From assembly GCA_002269645.1 (NCBI GenBank), contig NIVC01000787.1, positions 1 to 64,000 of the forward strand: a stretch of 64,000 bases of DNA. The letters are read 5' to 3'. The stretch's first letter is position 1; each line of letters begins with the position of its first letter. The position numbers and the translations under genes are program-made. Positions 1 through 12,964 of this stretch are shown piece after piece. The stretch comes from Macrostomum lignano. Lineage: Eukaryota. The notes under the pieces were generated by a model, which worked only from the letters and a program-made list of their open reading frames with translations, did not search any database and was not told the origin of the DNA.

Positions 1-99
1 CTGCGATTGTTCGATAGAGAAAAAAGCCATCAGCTGAGATTTTAACTATAAAAGCTTTTCTCGTAAAACTGTCACTCACGGTAAAGCTACTCACAGTAG

Positions 100-3000
100 T
101 CACTGCTCTACCGGCGACACACCACCAGAAGGCCGAGGCGATCTGACGGGCGGAAGCGTTTTCTGCTTCGAAGAATGAGAAGCAGCAACTGGCTGCTCCT
201 GTGGCTGCTTTGTTGGCTTCCTTTGATCTTTAGCGGCTTGTGCCTCGTCAGCTGCGAAAGCTGCCGGTTGAGCCTCCCCGGCTGGGGTAGCTTCCGGTTG
301 AGCCTCCTCGGCTGGAGCAGCTTCCGGTTGAGTCTCCTCGGCTGGGGCAGCATCCGGTTGAGCCTCCTCGGCTGGGGTAGCTTCCGGTTGAGCCTCCTCG
401 CTGGGGTAGCTTCCGGTTGAGCCTCCTCGGCTTGAGCGGCTTCCGATTGAGTCTCCTCGGCTGGGCAGCTTCCGGTTGAGCTTCATCAGTCACTGGCTGC
501 GCATCATCGGCTGGGGTAGCTTCCGGTTGAGCCTCCTCGGCTTGAGCGGCTTCCGGTTGAGTCTCCTCGGCTGGGGCAGCTTCCGGTTGAGCCTCCTCGG
601 CTTGAGCGGCTTCCGGTTGAGTCTCCTCGGCTGGGGCAGCTTCCGGTTGAGCTTCATCAGCCACTGGCTGCGCATCATCGGCTGGGGTAGCTTCCGGTTG
701 AGCCTCCTCGGCTGGGGCAGCTTTTGGTTGAGCTTCATCAGCCACTGGCTGTGCATCATCGACTGGAGCATCTTCCGGTTGAGCCTCATTTTTTGGGATA
801 GCTTCCGGTTGAGCCTCATCAACCACTGGCTGCGCATCCTCGGCTGAAGCAGCTTCCGGTTGAGCCTCGGCTTGAGCGGCTTCCGGTTGAGTCTCCTCGG
901 CTGGGGCAGCTTCCGGTTGAGCTTCATCAGTCACTCGCTGCGCATCATCGGCTGGGTAGCTTCCGGTTGAGCCTCATCAACCACTGGCTGCGCATCCTCG
1001 CTGAAGCAGCTTCCAGTTGAGCCTCCTCGGCTGGGGCAGCTTCCGGTTGAGCATCGTCGGCTGGGGCAGCTTCCGGTTGAGCCTCATCTTTTGGGGTAAC
1101 TTCCGGTTGAGCCTCATCAGCCACTGGCTGCGCATCCTCGGCTGGGGTAGCTTCCGGTTGAGCCTCATCAGCCACTGGCTGCGCATCCTCGGCTGGGGTA
1201 GCTTCCGGTTGAGCCTCATCAGCCACTGGCTGCGCATCCTCGGCTGGGGCGGCTTCCAGTTGAGCCTTCTCGGCTGGTGCAGCTTCCGGTTGTGCCTCAT
1301 CAGCCACTGGCTGCGCACCCTTGCTTGGGTAGCTTCCGGTAGAGCCTCCTCAGCTGGGCCAGCTTCTGGTTGAGCCTCATCGGCTGGGGCAGTTTCCGGT
1401 TGAGCCTCCTCGTAGAGACAGCTTCCGGTTTAGCCTCATCGGCAGAGGCAGCTTCTGGTTTAGCCTCATCGGTAGAGGCAGATTCCGGTTGAGCCTCATC
1501 GGTAGAGGCAGCTTCCGGTTTAGCCTCAGCGGCAGAGGCAGCTTCCTGTTTAGCCTCATCGGTAGAGGCAGCTTCCGGTTGAACTTCATAGACTTGGGCA
1601 GCTTTCGCTTGATCCTCACCAGCCACTGGCTGCGCATCCTCGGCTGGGGCAGCTTCCGGTTGACCATCATTAGCGGAGGCAGCTTCTGGTTTAGGCTCAT
1701 CGGTTGAGGCAGTTTTCGTTGAGCCTCATCAGCAACTGTCTGCGCATCCTCGGCTGGGGCAGCTTCCGGTTTAGCTTCTTCGGTTGAGGCATCTTCTAGT
1801 TTAGCCTCCTTGGTCAAGGCAGCTTCCGGTTGAACCTCATCAGCTTGTGAAGCTTCTTGCGCTTGAGCCTCATCGGCTTGAGCAGCTTCTTCTGGTTGAG
1901 CGTCATCGGCTTGAGCAGCTTCTTCTGGTTGAGCGTCATCGGCTTGAGCAGCTTCTGGTTGAGCCTCATCGGCTTGAGCAGCTTCTGGTTGAGCCTTCTC
2001 GGCTGGAGCAGCTTCCTTTTGAGCATCATCGGATTGAGCAGCTTCTTCTGGTTGATCGTCATCGGCTTGAGCAGCTTCAGATTGAGCCTCATCGGCTTGA
2101 GCAGCTTCCTTTTGAGCATCATCGGGTTGTGCAGCTTCCTTTTGAGCATCATCGGATTGAGCAGCTTCTTCTGGTTGAGCCTCATCGGCTTGAGCAGCTT
2201 CCGGTTGAGCCTCACTGGCTTGAGCAGCTTCCGGTTGAGCCTCACTGGCTTGAGCAGCTTCCGGTTGAGCCTCATCGGCTGGAGCAGCTTCCTTTTGAGC
2301 ATCATCGGATTGAGCAGCTTCTTCTGGTTGATCGTCATCGGCTTGAGCAGCTTCCTTTTGAGCATCATCGGATTGAGCAGCTTCTTCTGGTTGATCGTCA
2401 TCGGCTTGAGCAGCTTCCTTTTGAGCATCATCGGATTGAGCAGCTTCTTCTGGTTGATCGTCATCGGCTTGAGCAGCTTCAGATTGAGCCTCATCGGCTG
2501 GAGCAGCTTCCTTTTGAGCATCATCGGGTTGTGCAGCTTCCTTTTGAGCATCATCGGATTGAGCAGCTTCTTCTGGTTGAGCCTCATCGGCTTGAGCAGC
2601 TTCCGGTTGAGCCTCACTGGCTTGAGCAGCTTCCGGTTGAGCCTCACTGGCTTGAGCAGCTTCCGGTTGAGCCTCATCGGCTGGAGCAGCTTCCTTTTGA
2701 GCATCATCGATTGAGCAGCTTCTTCTGGTTGATCGTCATCGGCTTGAGCAGCTTCCTTTTGAGCATCATCGGATTGAGCAGCTTCTTCTGGTTGATCGTC
2801 ATCGGCTTGAGCAGCTTCAGATTGAGCCTCATCGGCTTGAGCAGCTTCCTTTTGAGCATCATCGGGTTGTGCAGCTTCCTTTTGAGCATCATCGGATTGA
2901 GCAGCTTCTTTTGGTTGAGCCTCATCGGCTTGAGCAGCTTCCGGTTGAGCCTCACTGGCTTGAGCAGCTTCCGGTTGAGCCTCATCGGCTTGAGCAGCTT

Positions 3001-4618
3001 CCGGTTGAGCCTCATCGGCTTGAGCAGCTTCCGGTTGAGCTTCATCGGCTTGAGCAGCTTCCGGTTGAGCATCATTGGCTTGAGCAGCTTTTTCTGGTTG
3101 AGCGTCATCGGCTTGAGCAGCTTCCGGTTGAGCCTCATTGGCTTGAGCAGCTTCAGGTTGAGCCTCATCGGCTTGAGCAGCTTCCTTTTGAGCATCATCG
3201 GCTTGTGAAGCTTCCTTTTGAGCGTCATCGGCTTGAGCAGCTTCCGGTTGAGCCTCATTGGCTTGAGCAGCTTCCTTTTGACCATCATCGGATTGAGCAG
3301 CTTCTTCTGGTTGAGTGTCATCGCTTTGAGCAGCTTCTTTTTGAGCGCCATCGGCTTCAACAGCTTCCTGTTGAGCGTCATCGGCTGGGGCAGCTTCCTT
3401 TTGAGCCTCATCGGCTTGAACAGCTTCCTGTTGAGCGTCATCGGCTGGGGCAGCTTCGTTTTGAGCCTCATCGGCTTGAACAGCTTCCTGTTGAGCGTCG
3501 TCGGCTGGGGCAGTATCAGGTTGAGCGTCATCAGCTGGAGCAGCTTCCTTTTGAGCATCATCGGATTGAACAGCTTCCGGTTGAGCCTCATTAGCTTGAT
3601 CAGCTTCCGGTTGAGCCTCATTAGCTTGAGCATCTTCAGCTTGGGAATCATTCTCTTGTGCGTTGTGCTCTTGATAAGCTTCTACTTTAGCTTCATCAGC
3701 TTGAGCAGCTTCTTTTCGCTGAGCGTCATCGCCTTGAGCAGCTTTCGGTTGAGCATCGTCGGCTGGAGCAGCTTCCGGTTGAGCATTGTCGGCTGGAGCA
3801 GCTTCTGGTTGAGCATCGTCGGCTGGAGCAGCTTTTGGTTGAGCCTCATCGGCTTGAGCAGCTTCTAATTGCTTAGTCCCTCCAAGGGCTCCGCAGCTGG
3901 TTCAGGTGCCGTGTCCTGTCTTACTGACACTCTGTCGCCTTCACTACGGCCGTTCTTAGGGCTCTGTTGACGGATGAAAAAGTTTGGAAGTGACAAATAT
4001 GTTTATAGTCGAGTACATCGATAGGCTCGTACTATGGAGTAGACAAGTAGATTTGATTGGCTGTTATTATGCTCGTAAATAGTGCAAAAATATAACGTCG
4101 GTATCAAATGCGTATGAAATAATAAAGCGGTGATGTAAACAGGCCTTCCTTAAAGTGTGAGCAGATCGCTGACTTTCGCGCCACCCTGTGTGAGCGCGTG
4201 TGCATGAGTGCGTGCCTGCGTGCAACATTGGCGAGCTCGTATGTGCTCAGGAGTGAGCGGAGACGATGTCGCTGAAGGCATGTTACCGGGGTGCCCACGG
4301 ACCTTTTGTACTCGTAATAATAATTATTATTATTATTATGCTAGTAATTCATTTTTTGGTAACTCTGTAAGACTCAGTAATGAAAGACTCAGTTATGAAA
4401 TGTTTTGAGCACAAGTATTCAACTTCATACGGTTATAATTGTGCAAATTTGGCTACAGAATTCACGCTAGCCAGCAGGTAACCTATTGAAGTTAGTGTTG
4501 AAGCGCTTGCAAACTTGCTATGTCGGTAATGCATTTTTCAGAGAAAACCAGCAATGAAAGCGAAGCAACTCACCGCCGCCCGCTGCTCAGCAGCCAACTC
4601 AGTCGAGGCTTCTGTCAT
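100..4618 (-). CDS. Large acidic low-complexity repeat protein (~1300 aa; DEAQPEAAQA-type 10-11 aa units), 2 coding exons, several apparent 1-bp indels
   Basis: Exon 1 4618-4574 (MTEASTELAAEQRAA, GTGAGT donor). Exon 2 follows a CAG acceptor and runs 3963-100 (SPKNGRSEGD..., then 30/33-bp coding repeats, unique C-terminus ...RSPRPSGGVSPVEQ*). The frame is restored only by assuming single-base indels (e.g. ~3880, ~2709, ~1720, ~990, ~465). Confidence 0.7.
4183..4315 (+). repeat. Dispersed repeat block, copy A (homologous to ~14790-14960 + and ~33715-33830 -)
   Basis: ccctgtgtgagcgcgtgtgcatgagtgcgtgcctgcgt...acgatgtcgctgaaggc...ggggtgcc aligns by eye with the other two copies. Confidence 0.7.
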
Positions 4619-4819
4619 CTCGCAACTTCGGTGTGACTGACCCTACTGGCCCGCGTTTTTAACTTTTTGACTCAAACGAAAGTCTGTTACGAGCTAAAGC
4701 TAACCAACTCGCTCCGAGTCTGAGACCGCCGGAATTTATCAGCTGTCACCCACTTTATTGTCTCTCTCTCTCTTCACTATGACAACGGCGGGCGTTCTTC
4801 ATTTATCTTTAGGACTGGA

Positions 4820-4854
<35 letters not shown>

Positions 4855-5054
4855 GCTGAGATTAGACAACTAAACTAACAAGTTCAGACCCAGCAAAGAA
4901 TCGACAGCAACACAGTTTGTTCGCAAGTGCAGGTTAATAGAGAGAAAGACACGATTAAGAGACCAAAAAAACACACGCAGCAATGCTTGCTTGCGTTCAC
5001 TCCTTGCCAACCAGCGACTCGAACGTCGAGCAGGGGGGAGGGGGAGAGTTGGCG

Positions 5055-5068
5055 GTTTCCATAACAAC
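5055..5068. promoter_or_regulatory. RFX X-box-like motif GTTTCCATAACAAC
   Basis: Close match to the X-box consensus GTNRCC-N0-3-RGYAAC, ~440 bp upstream of the ATG of the acidic repeat gene. Confidence 0.5.
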
Positions 5069-5830
5069 CGGTGTGAAGCGGCGAGTGACGTTTCTGTGTC
5101 ATAATCATATCTTTGCCAATCTAGCCTAGCAGTACCTCTCCCCCAGAGTGCATTAGGGTGCGAGACCGCGCTGTTTCATAATGAATATCTGGCAGTTTCT
5201 GCTGGGCAAAAACGGCTTACATGTATTCTGGCAGTCAAAGTTCGCTTGATAAATATTTGTTCTTGGAAAATATTCTTTAGAATAAAAACTGGAACGTTGC
5301 TACAAAGCGTTGCGCTTCTCTAAGTAAACTTGGTTTGTTTTCAGATGTTGCTGGTGTACGAGTATAGTAAATGGCTTTAGAATGTATTATATATTTTCTA
5401 ACATGAAGCAGTATGACTATACCGGTAGGTAAGGATAAAGCAGTAATTTTATTCGGTTATGCATGTTCATTCAACAGTGTCTTGGTGGTTGATTTACAAT
5501 AATTCTATACATGTAGGTTCGATCTTTTATGCGGTCAGAGGGGTCGTGGGCAACGATGCCCAATAGTTATTAATCACTTATAATAAACAACTAAATAATA
5601 ATATTATTAAAGTATTAATTTACTAAGTTATTATATACTATATTTATTATAACAAATATTAATAATAACTTCATATGAATGTTAATAACAAGATAATGCT
5701 GTATACTAAAAGAATACTTAATTATAATAAAAGTAATATTTGATACAAAAGATATCTAATAATAAGTTGTCATGACTACAGATAGAATTAACGCAGTACC
5801 GCGGACCCCTTAAAGACATTGTATACAGTT

Positions 5831-8800
5831 CTATAATTTGACATTGTTGGACCTCGTCTTGCCAATTCCGGTCCGTAATTTTGAACTGGCAACGGAGGCG
5901 CCGCTAACGCTGCCAGTCTCCGAGTCGGAATTGTACTTGGCGTCCTCCGCAGGCGTCACGCCAAGGATGCGGGCCTGCTGTCGTACGCCGGCCGGCTTGA
6001 ACCGGTCCGGCGGGGTGGCTCGCTCTATTGTTGCAACAGTTTTCACGCCCTGTGGATGTAAATATAATATTAAGGCGTATATCAACTGTCTTTGCTAAGG
6101 CCCGTGCCGATCTTGAACTTGAAAATGCTGACAATAAATATTCCAAATATTTAATCATCCTTTGGTAAAGAAACAATAATTTTCTGACTTTCTGAATACT
6201 AAACTAACAAACCCGGAGAAAATTCACGAATCCTGAATTAACAAACGCTGAGAAAATTCAGAAACCTTAAGTTATCAAACTCCGAGACATTTCACGAATC
6301 CTAAATTAACTACCGTGAAGGAAATTCAAATTCACGAATCCTACATTAACAAACCCGGAAAAACTCACGAATCTTGAATTTAAAAAATCCAGAGGAATTA
6401 ACAAACACGAAAGTAACGTCTTGAAGCTGTGAAGCCTTCATTCCTTACCCATTCATAGAAAGCAAAGGCGGCAGCACTGCGCTGTTCAACCTCTTGAGCG
6501 TCGATGCCGTCTAGGATCTGCTTGCTTCTGGCAGCGATGCGCGGATCGACGCGGGTCACGTCCAGCGCGTCCATGTCGTGCAGGATGGTGCGGAGCAGCG
6601 GCTGGCAGCGCTTCCATTTCTGTCTTTTGGGAAACGGGGTGGATATAGTTTCAAACCGGTTCGTTTGGGGCAGTACATAATAATTTGTTTACCGAGAAGC
6701 AGAGAAGAACACATGCAAAGGCGTTAAATTGACAAGTCAAGTTTAGAGGCCTGATCTCTTTAGGTCTGTAAGAACTTGCATGAGGATATGTAACACATTT
6801 TGGATGCAGGATCTGTATGAGCTAAGATTCGTAGGACTTTAAGAATCTGTATGACCTGTAGGGTTTCGTACGGTCTGAAGGATCTGTGTGACCTGTAGGA
6901 TTCACAGGACCTTCAGGATTTGTATGACTTGTAGGATTCTTAGGACTCGAAGGATCTGTTTTACCTGTAGGATTTCGTAGAACTCGAAGGATCTGTTTGA
7001 CCTGTAGGATTCGTTAGGACTCGAAGAATCTGTATGACCTGTAGGATTTCATAGGACTCGAAGGATCTGTATGACCTGTAGGATTTCGTACGGTCTGAGG
7101 ATCTGCGTGACCTGTAGGATTTCGTACGGTCTGAGGATCTGTGTGACCTGTAGGATTTCGTACGGTCTGAGGATCTGTATGACCTGTAGGATTTCGTACG
7201 GTCTGAGGAGCTGTGTGACCTGTAGGATTAGTAGCACTCGAAGGATCTGTATGACCTGTAGGATTCGTTAGGACTCGAAGGATCTGTTTGACCTGTAGGA
7301 TTCGTTAGGACTCGAAGGATCTGTTTGACCTGTAGGATTCGTTAGGACTCGAAGGATCTGTTTGACCTGTAGGATTCGTTAGGACTCGAAGGAACTGTTT
7401 GACCTGTAGGATTCGTTAGGACTCGAAGGAACTGTTTGACCTGTAGGATTCGTTAGGACTCGAAGGATCTGTTTGACCTTGTGCAATCATGCCCTTTCTC
7501 GCCCTCCTGCCCCGCCCCAACCCTCCAGTCTGCCCCACCCCTCCAATCAATAATCAATGCGTACGCCGATCACGCCACCCCCCCACCTCCCCTGCTGTAC
7601 CGTACATTTGTTCTTAAGTTATATTCATGTACGCGTAGGACCAATGAAAAATATATAGTCGCTGTCTGGAGGGCAGACTCCTTCCCTTGCGCGCGTTGGG
7701 CCGCCTCCGTTGGCTATTGAATAAAACGACTCGTCGATCTACCATAAAAAGTGCACGGCGAACTGCATCGGCTACGGTGTGTAAGTTCGTGTTCGCGAGT
7801 TATTGTCCTTTTTCTGCTTCTCCCTAGGGCGCGGGACGGGAGCTCTGACTGGGGACCTGGGGGTCGCAGCTTCCCGACAGGTTAAAGCTGTAGGCGTTGC
7901 TCCGGAGGACGGGCTCACAACAACTGGTGCCGTGACCAGGATTCCAGTTAGGGTTTCCGTAGGATTTCCACGGTCTGAGGATCTGCGTGACCTGTAGGAT
8001 TTCGTACGGTCTGAGGGATCTGTATGACCTGTATGATTAGTAGCACTCGAAGGATCTGTATGACCTGTAGGATTCGTTAGGACTCGAAGGATCTGTTTGA
8101 CCTGTAGGATTTCTTAGGATCTGAGTGACTCTAAATTAGTATCTAAAGAATCAGTCGAATCCCTCGATTTCTTAAAGGACCAAAAGTGAACAACAGTAAA
8201 AACTGGCCGCCAACTCGCCCTAGTCCGCTTCTCGTAGTGTCCGGCCAGCAGCAGCACAGCCTGCACGGCACCGTGGACCGCGTCCTGCGGACTGGAGTAC
8301 CGTCTGAGCTCCGTGAGGCTGCGCGAGTTCGCTCCCAGCCGGTGCCGCGGCTGCCTCGCGCGCCGATTGTAACGCCACATCGCCTGTCGAGCTGCCGTCG
8401 CCTCCGCCGATACCAGCTTGGCCGCAACCGACGTCTTTGACATCGACGTCGCCGCGGTTGAGGTCAGGCCGAGATCGTCGAGCTCGCTTAGTAGGCGACG
8501 AAGCCGATGAACATCCGTCTGTTCGACAGCGCGCTGAAGATCTACGAGCGTACATGTAAAAGCGTAGAACGTTTCAGAAGTGTCCCGAATCTATGATTAT
8601 TATCCAATTATAGGTAGCTAAATACGCCACGCAAAAATATACGTGGAAAGCTAAATTTACCTACTGAATCCAACTGCACGATTAATTTAAGCTGAGTTGC
8701 TAACAGGAACCAATTAGCTAAAGGACCCAATGGCGTACGCAGGAATTTTAATTGGACTGAGCGCCCCAATTTTTCAGTGTCTTGGTTGACACCTCAATCT

Positions 8801-11800
8801 TCTAGGTGGGCGCCCCTGTCTTCTGGTGGGCGCCCTTGTCTCTTGGTGGGCGTCCCTGTCTTTTGGTGGATGTCCCTGTCTTCTGGTGGGCGCCCTTGTC
8901 TCTTGGTGGGCGTCCCTGTCTTTTGGTGGATGTCCCTGTCTATTGGTGGGCGCCCCTGTCTCTTGGTGGGCGCCCCTGTCTCTTAGTGGGCGCCCCTGTC
9001 TCTTGGTGGGCGTCCCTGTCTTTTGGTGGGCATCCCTGTCTCTTGGTGGGCGCACCTGTCTCTTGGTGGGCGTCCCTGTCTCTTGGTGGGCGCCCCTGTC
9101 TCTTGGTAGGCGTTAATCAACGTTAATTTAAAAGTGTTGAAATCTATATATTTCTAAACAGAAGAAATACCAAGTCATTGTTCCGACTGTCAAACGACGC
9201 TGACATTTTTTCTGTTAGAAGGTGGGATTTTTCCTAAAAGCGCTAGATTATTCAAAACAACCCCTGGACGCCTCAGTACAGCCTTGCCAAGCCTCCAAAT
9301 TTCATCACATGTCCCTGCACCAAACTCTGACTTCGTTGATCACTGACCTTTACCCATGGGAAACTTCTGGACCTTCAACAGATGGCACCAGGTTACTCTA
9401 CTGGACACTCTATTTCGAATTTCTCTAGTTTCGCTGAGCAAACCTCAACTGCTGGGCTCATTCACTCACCAACTTTGAGATCGATAGCAGCCAGCACTAA
9501 GCACGCCTTGCCAGCCAGCTTCCGTGACACCGCCGCTCCCTGCTGATCCTTCAATGCCGCTTCTATCATGTCCGAATTCGCTGCCGCTATCGCCTCTTCC
9601 AGACGCTGACACGCCGCGGTGTCGGCCGCAGCAGCCGCGGCAGATGCAGCTTCCTCGTCGCCCTCGCCCTCGCCGTCGACTCGCCATCGCCGCCAGCGTC
9701 GCTGTCGCCGTTGCTCAATCAGCCTTACTGTCTCCAGTCGACTCTGACGTCGAGCTAATCGATTTGCCGCCTCATCCAGGAAGTCGCTGGCTCCGATCTC
9801 CGAAGTGGTTATCGACCCGAAAACTCTGACAGGATGGCAGCGGAGCACACGCCATTCGCCGTCGCCATTCCGGGCCCCGGCTGAGCGCAACAGTTTTAGC
9901 AAATAGTTGCCAGGCAGGCAAAATCGACAAGAAATTGAGCTGCCATCGACAGACAAAGTTGCAACGGCTCCCTCTGCCGGCACCAAATCAGCCTCGGCCT
10001 CGGCCATCTCGCCGCCATGTCGCCGTCGTTCCCAACCTCGAGGGCGCCAGGCCACGCGGAGCAGCTCGACACGTTCAACTGTCTCCTTTACCGTATCGAC
10101 AGGCACAGACAGTTCCGCGGCAGTTGTCGCTTTGTACGGCTCGCCAAAGACGTCTTTGGACGCGTCTGACGCTGCCGACTCCACCAGGCGCTGCCAGTTC
10201 GGCTGCGGCTGCTGCCGCCAGGCGGCTCCGTCGGCGTCGTCGGCGCCGCAGTCGGCTGCCACCAGGAACTGACAGACGGGCCGGTCGCGCAGACGCAACA
10301 CCAGAGCGAGTTGGCCGCCGCCGGCCGGTGCGTAAAAATGTACACCGAGTCTGGACAGGTAGGCCGTGCCGGGAGGGGCCAGACGATCACCCTGCTGGTA
10401 GACACGGCAGGTGAGCCTCAGGTAGCCATCACCGTCAATGTGCATCAATGCGACGGCCGCTTCACCATTTGATGCCGATAGTTCACCGTTGGCAATGTCG
10501 CAGCCGAGCTCTAGACTGCCACCTGTAGCGGTGTTTCTCGTTGATATGTAACTGTGATTTCGTAGTGTGGTCTTCATTAAGGATACTCTCTAAAGTATTG
10601 TGAGAATTGTGGTCTAATTGGTACTGATCTAGCTGTAGGAACTGTGGCCTAATTGGTACTGATCTAGCTGTGGGAACTGTGGTCTAATTGGTACTGATCT
10701 AGCTGTAGGAACTGTGGTCTAATTGGTACTGATCTAGCTGTGGGAACTGTGGCCTAATTGGTACTGATCTAGCTGTGGGAACTGTGGTCTAATTGGTACT
10801 GATCTAGCTGTAGGAACTGTGGTCTAATTGGTACTGATCTAGCTGTGGGAACTGTGGTCTAATTGGTACTGACCTAGCTGTAGGAACTGTGGTCTAATTG
10901 ATACTGATCTAGCTGTGGGAACTGTGGTCTAATTGGTACTGATCTAGCTGTAGGAACTGTGGTCCAATTGGTACTGATCTAGCTGTGGGAACTGTGGCCT
11001 AATTGGTACTGATCTAGCTGTGGGAACTGTGTGGTCTAATTGGTACTGATCTAGCTGTGGGAACTGTGTGGTCTAATTGGTACTGATCTAGCTGTAAGGA
11101 CTGTGGTCTAATTGGTACTGATCTAGCTGTGGGAACTGTGTGGTCTAATTGGTACTGATCTAGCTGTAAGGACTGTGGTCTAATTGGTACTGATCTAGCT
11201 GTGGGAACTGTGTGGTCTAATTGGTACTGATCTAGCTGTGGGAACTGTGGTCTAATTGTAAGGTCAAAAGGGTCAAACCTGAACTGTCACTCCTGGGCGG
11301 CCCAAACTCGGACAGCTCGCCAGACGGGAACCCGCAACCGCCGTCGCCGCTCCCGCACCCTACTGGCAATGCAGCGCAAAGCCAACAAAGCAATCGTCAT
11401 ATTGATAGTCATCGTCTTCCGTTAACAGCCGAATCTCCAAGTAGAATTTTCCTGGCCAAGGCGGCTCCACCTTGAATTTCAACACGCCGTCTCGATCGGT
11501 GCGAATTGGCCGGCTGACGCTGCAGTCGCCCGGCTGACGGCCGTCGATGGTGTTCGACAGACAGCGAAGGACGCTCGTGTAGCGACAGGGCAGGTGACGC
11601 CTTTGTTGAGTCTCTTGGAGCTCCAACTCGAGCAGCTCGCCCGGCCGGCCAAGGACAACATTCCACGGCCAGTTTAGGACGGCTAATCGGCCAGAGTGGC
11701 GCTCGAACTCCCCAGCCGTGCCGCCGGCGAGGTAAACGGGCATCCGGTCGAACTCCGACTTGGTGAGCGGTCGGGCGAGCAGCTGCCAGACGGCTGGTGA

Positions 11801-12658
11801 ATCGGTACTTTTATCGTCGCTATTAGCATCAAGCTGGCAGGGCAGGTGGGTGATGACGAACTGCTCCGGGTCGGTCAGGAAGAAGAACTCCCTGGAGTCT
11901 GTGTCGGCCGCCATCGCCGCCCAGCCAATGTCAACCAGTCGCCATTCGCCTCGCACAAAACAGGCAAACCAGCTGCCGCCCACCGGGGTGCGAAAGCCGG
12001 GGGCCAAGCCGGCACCTTTCTTGTACCCGAGAACTCGTTGGAACGGAATGCCAGCCTCGCTGCGTGGAGATGCGAAAGTTGGTTTTCTACTTAGTCAGAT
12101 GATCAAACAGCTATTTTAAGCATTTCCACAATCTTAAACTGAAGTCACGTTAATTACCAACCTGAGCAGTTTGGCAAACACCTCAGAGTGTCTGTCCTCT
12201 CCCTTGGAGTCAGTCGATTCCGCCATCCGTCGCAGAGTCCTATAGACCGTCAGTTGAAGTTCCGACTCCGTCTTAACGAGTCTCCCAGGCCTGTTGCTGA
12301 CTGCGCACACAAACCCGAACGCCGCTCTCAGTCGTTCGAGGTCGCCGCTGCATCGTCTGTACAGACGTTGGCACAAGCTTGCCCAGCTGTCATCTGGCTG
12401 CGGCAACTCCTCGGCTGACTGAGCGTCAATTGTCACAATGTCCGCTGGCTGTTTTTGAAACTGCAGTAGCAGCTCAGCCTTGGTGCGTCGCGGCGGGAAC
12501 GGAGGCGGTGGTGGCTGCCGGACGTCGTCAAGCTGCTGCTGGTCCTCTCTGGGCGGCTGTCCCAGCTTGCGCTGGCTTGTAGCCAGGCTCTGCGGCGTCG
12601 GGTACTGGCCTGACTGCAGCCGCTCACGAATAGAACTCGAGTGGTCTAATGCATAGTC
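5831..12658 (-). CDS. Hillarin/kyphoscoliosis-peptidase-like protein (transglutaminase-like fold, probably inactive, with C-terminal helical domain); 5' end not located
   Basis: Exons ~12658-12162, 12059-~11288 (apparent frameshift near 11362), ~10589-9470, 8541-8219, 6619-6449, 6049-5831. Motifs GDLERLRAAFGFV, EAGIPFQRVLGYKKG, GEWRLVDIGWAA, FFFLTDPEQFVITHLP, WQLLARPL, ELRRYSSPQDAVHGAVQAVLLLAG..KW, SAAAFAFYEW match the KY/Hillarin family as I recall it. Splice phases are consistent across the 3' exons. Confidence 0.8.
6195..6410. repeat. Degenerate ~40-bp tandem repeat (aacaaacccggagaaaattcacgaatcctgaatt)
   Basis: About 5 diverged copies in the last intron of the Hillarin-like gene. Confidence 0.6.
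6830..8120. repeat. 36-37 bp minisatellite (tgacctgtaggatttcgtacggtctgaggatctgtg and variants), interrupted by an LTR fragment
   Basis: Visible tandem units at ~6830-7479 and ~7950-8120. Confidence 0.9.
7480..7944 (+). mobile_element. LTR (TG...CA, ~443 bp) plus tRNA-His primer-binding site; truncated 5' end of an LTR retrotransposon
   Basis: Begins TGTGCAA at 7480, contains AATAAA (~7719), ends CACAACA at 7922. It is followed 2 nt later by TGGTGCCGTGACCAGGATTC (7925-7944), largely complementary to the 3' end of tRNA-His. Confidence 0.7.
8790..9115. repeat. 21-bp minisatellite (gcgcccctgtctcttggtggg)
   Basis: About 15 tandem units, intronic. Confidence 0.9.
10600..11260. repeat. 35-bp minisatellite (ctgtggtctaattggtactgatctagctgtaggaa)
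   Basis: About 18 near-identical tandem units filling an intron. Confidence 0.95.
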
Positions 12659-12964
12659 CTGCGGAGATGTTTAATTAGTTAGACTAATTAGCCTAAAATT
12701 ACCGATGGAGTCATCAAACAAAAGCAATTTCTACTAGATGGTAGCTATTTTTCTAAATCGATTTGAAGGCTGGTTCAAGCAAATCTATTTGATACTTGAT
12801 GGGAAATGTTTTATAAAGATTAAACCAAGTTCCTCAAAACAATCGTAGCAGCTTTTCATAGCAAAAATAAATTTACACCGTCGTCAAAGATTACAGTCGT
12901 CGAAACTCGACTGAGGACAAGGCCCGCCTGAAGACCCTAAAAAAAGCCAAAAACGTTTGCTCGC

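Noticed and set aside
175-3868. Long plus-strand and alternative-frame ORFs (LEQLLLVEPHR..., SLIGLSSF..., MRLNRKLLKP...)
   Set aside because: Shadow frames of the 30/33-bp coding repeat; the lack of stops follows from the repeat unit.
11355-11365. Stop codon in the Hillarin-like exon as possible readthrough or programmed frameshift
   Set aside because: A single missing base restores FPSGELSEFGP. Similar 1-bp indels occur throughout the window, so an assembly error is more likely; raw reads are needed.
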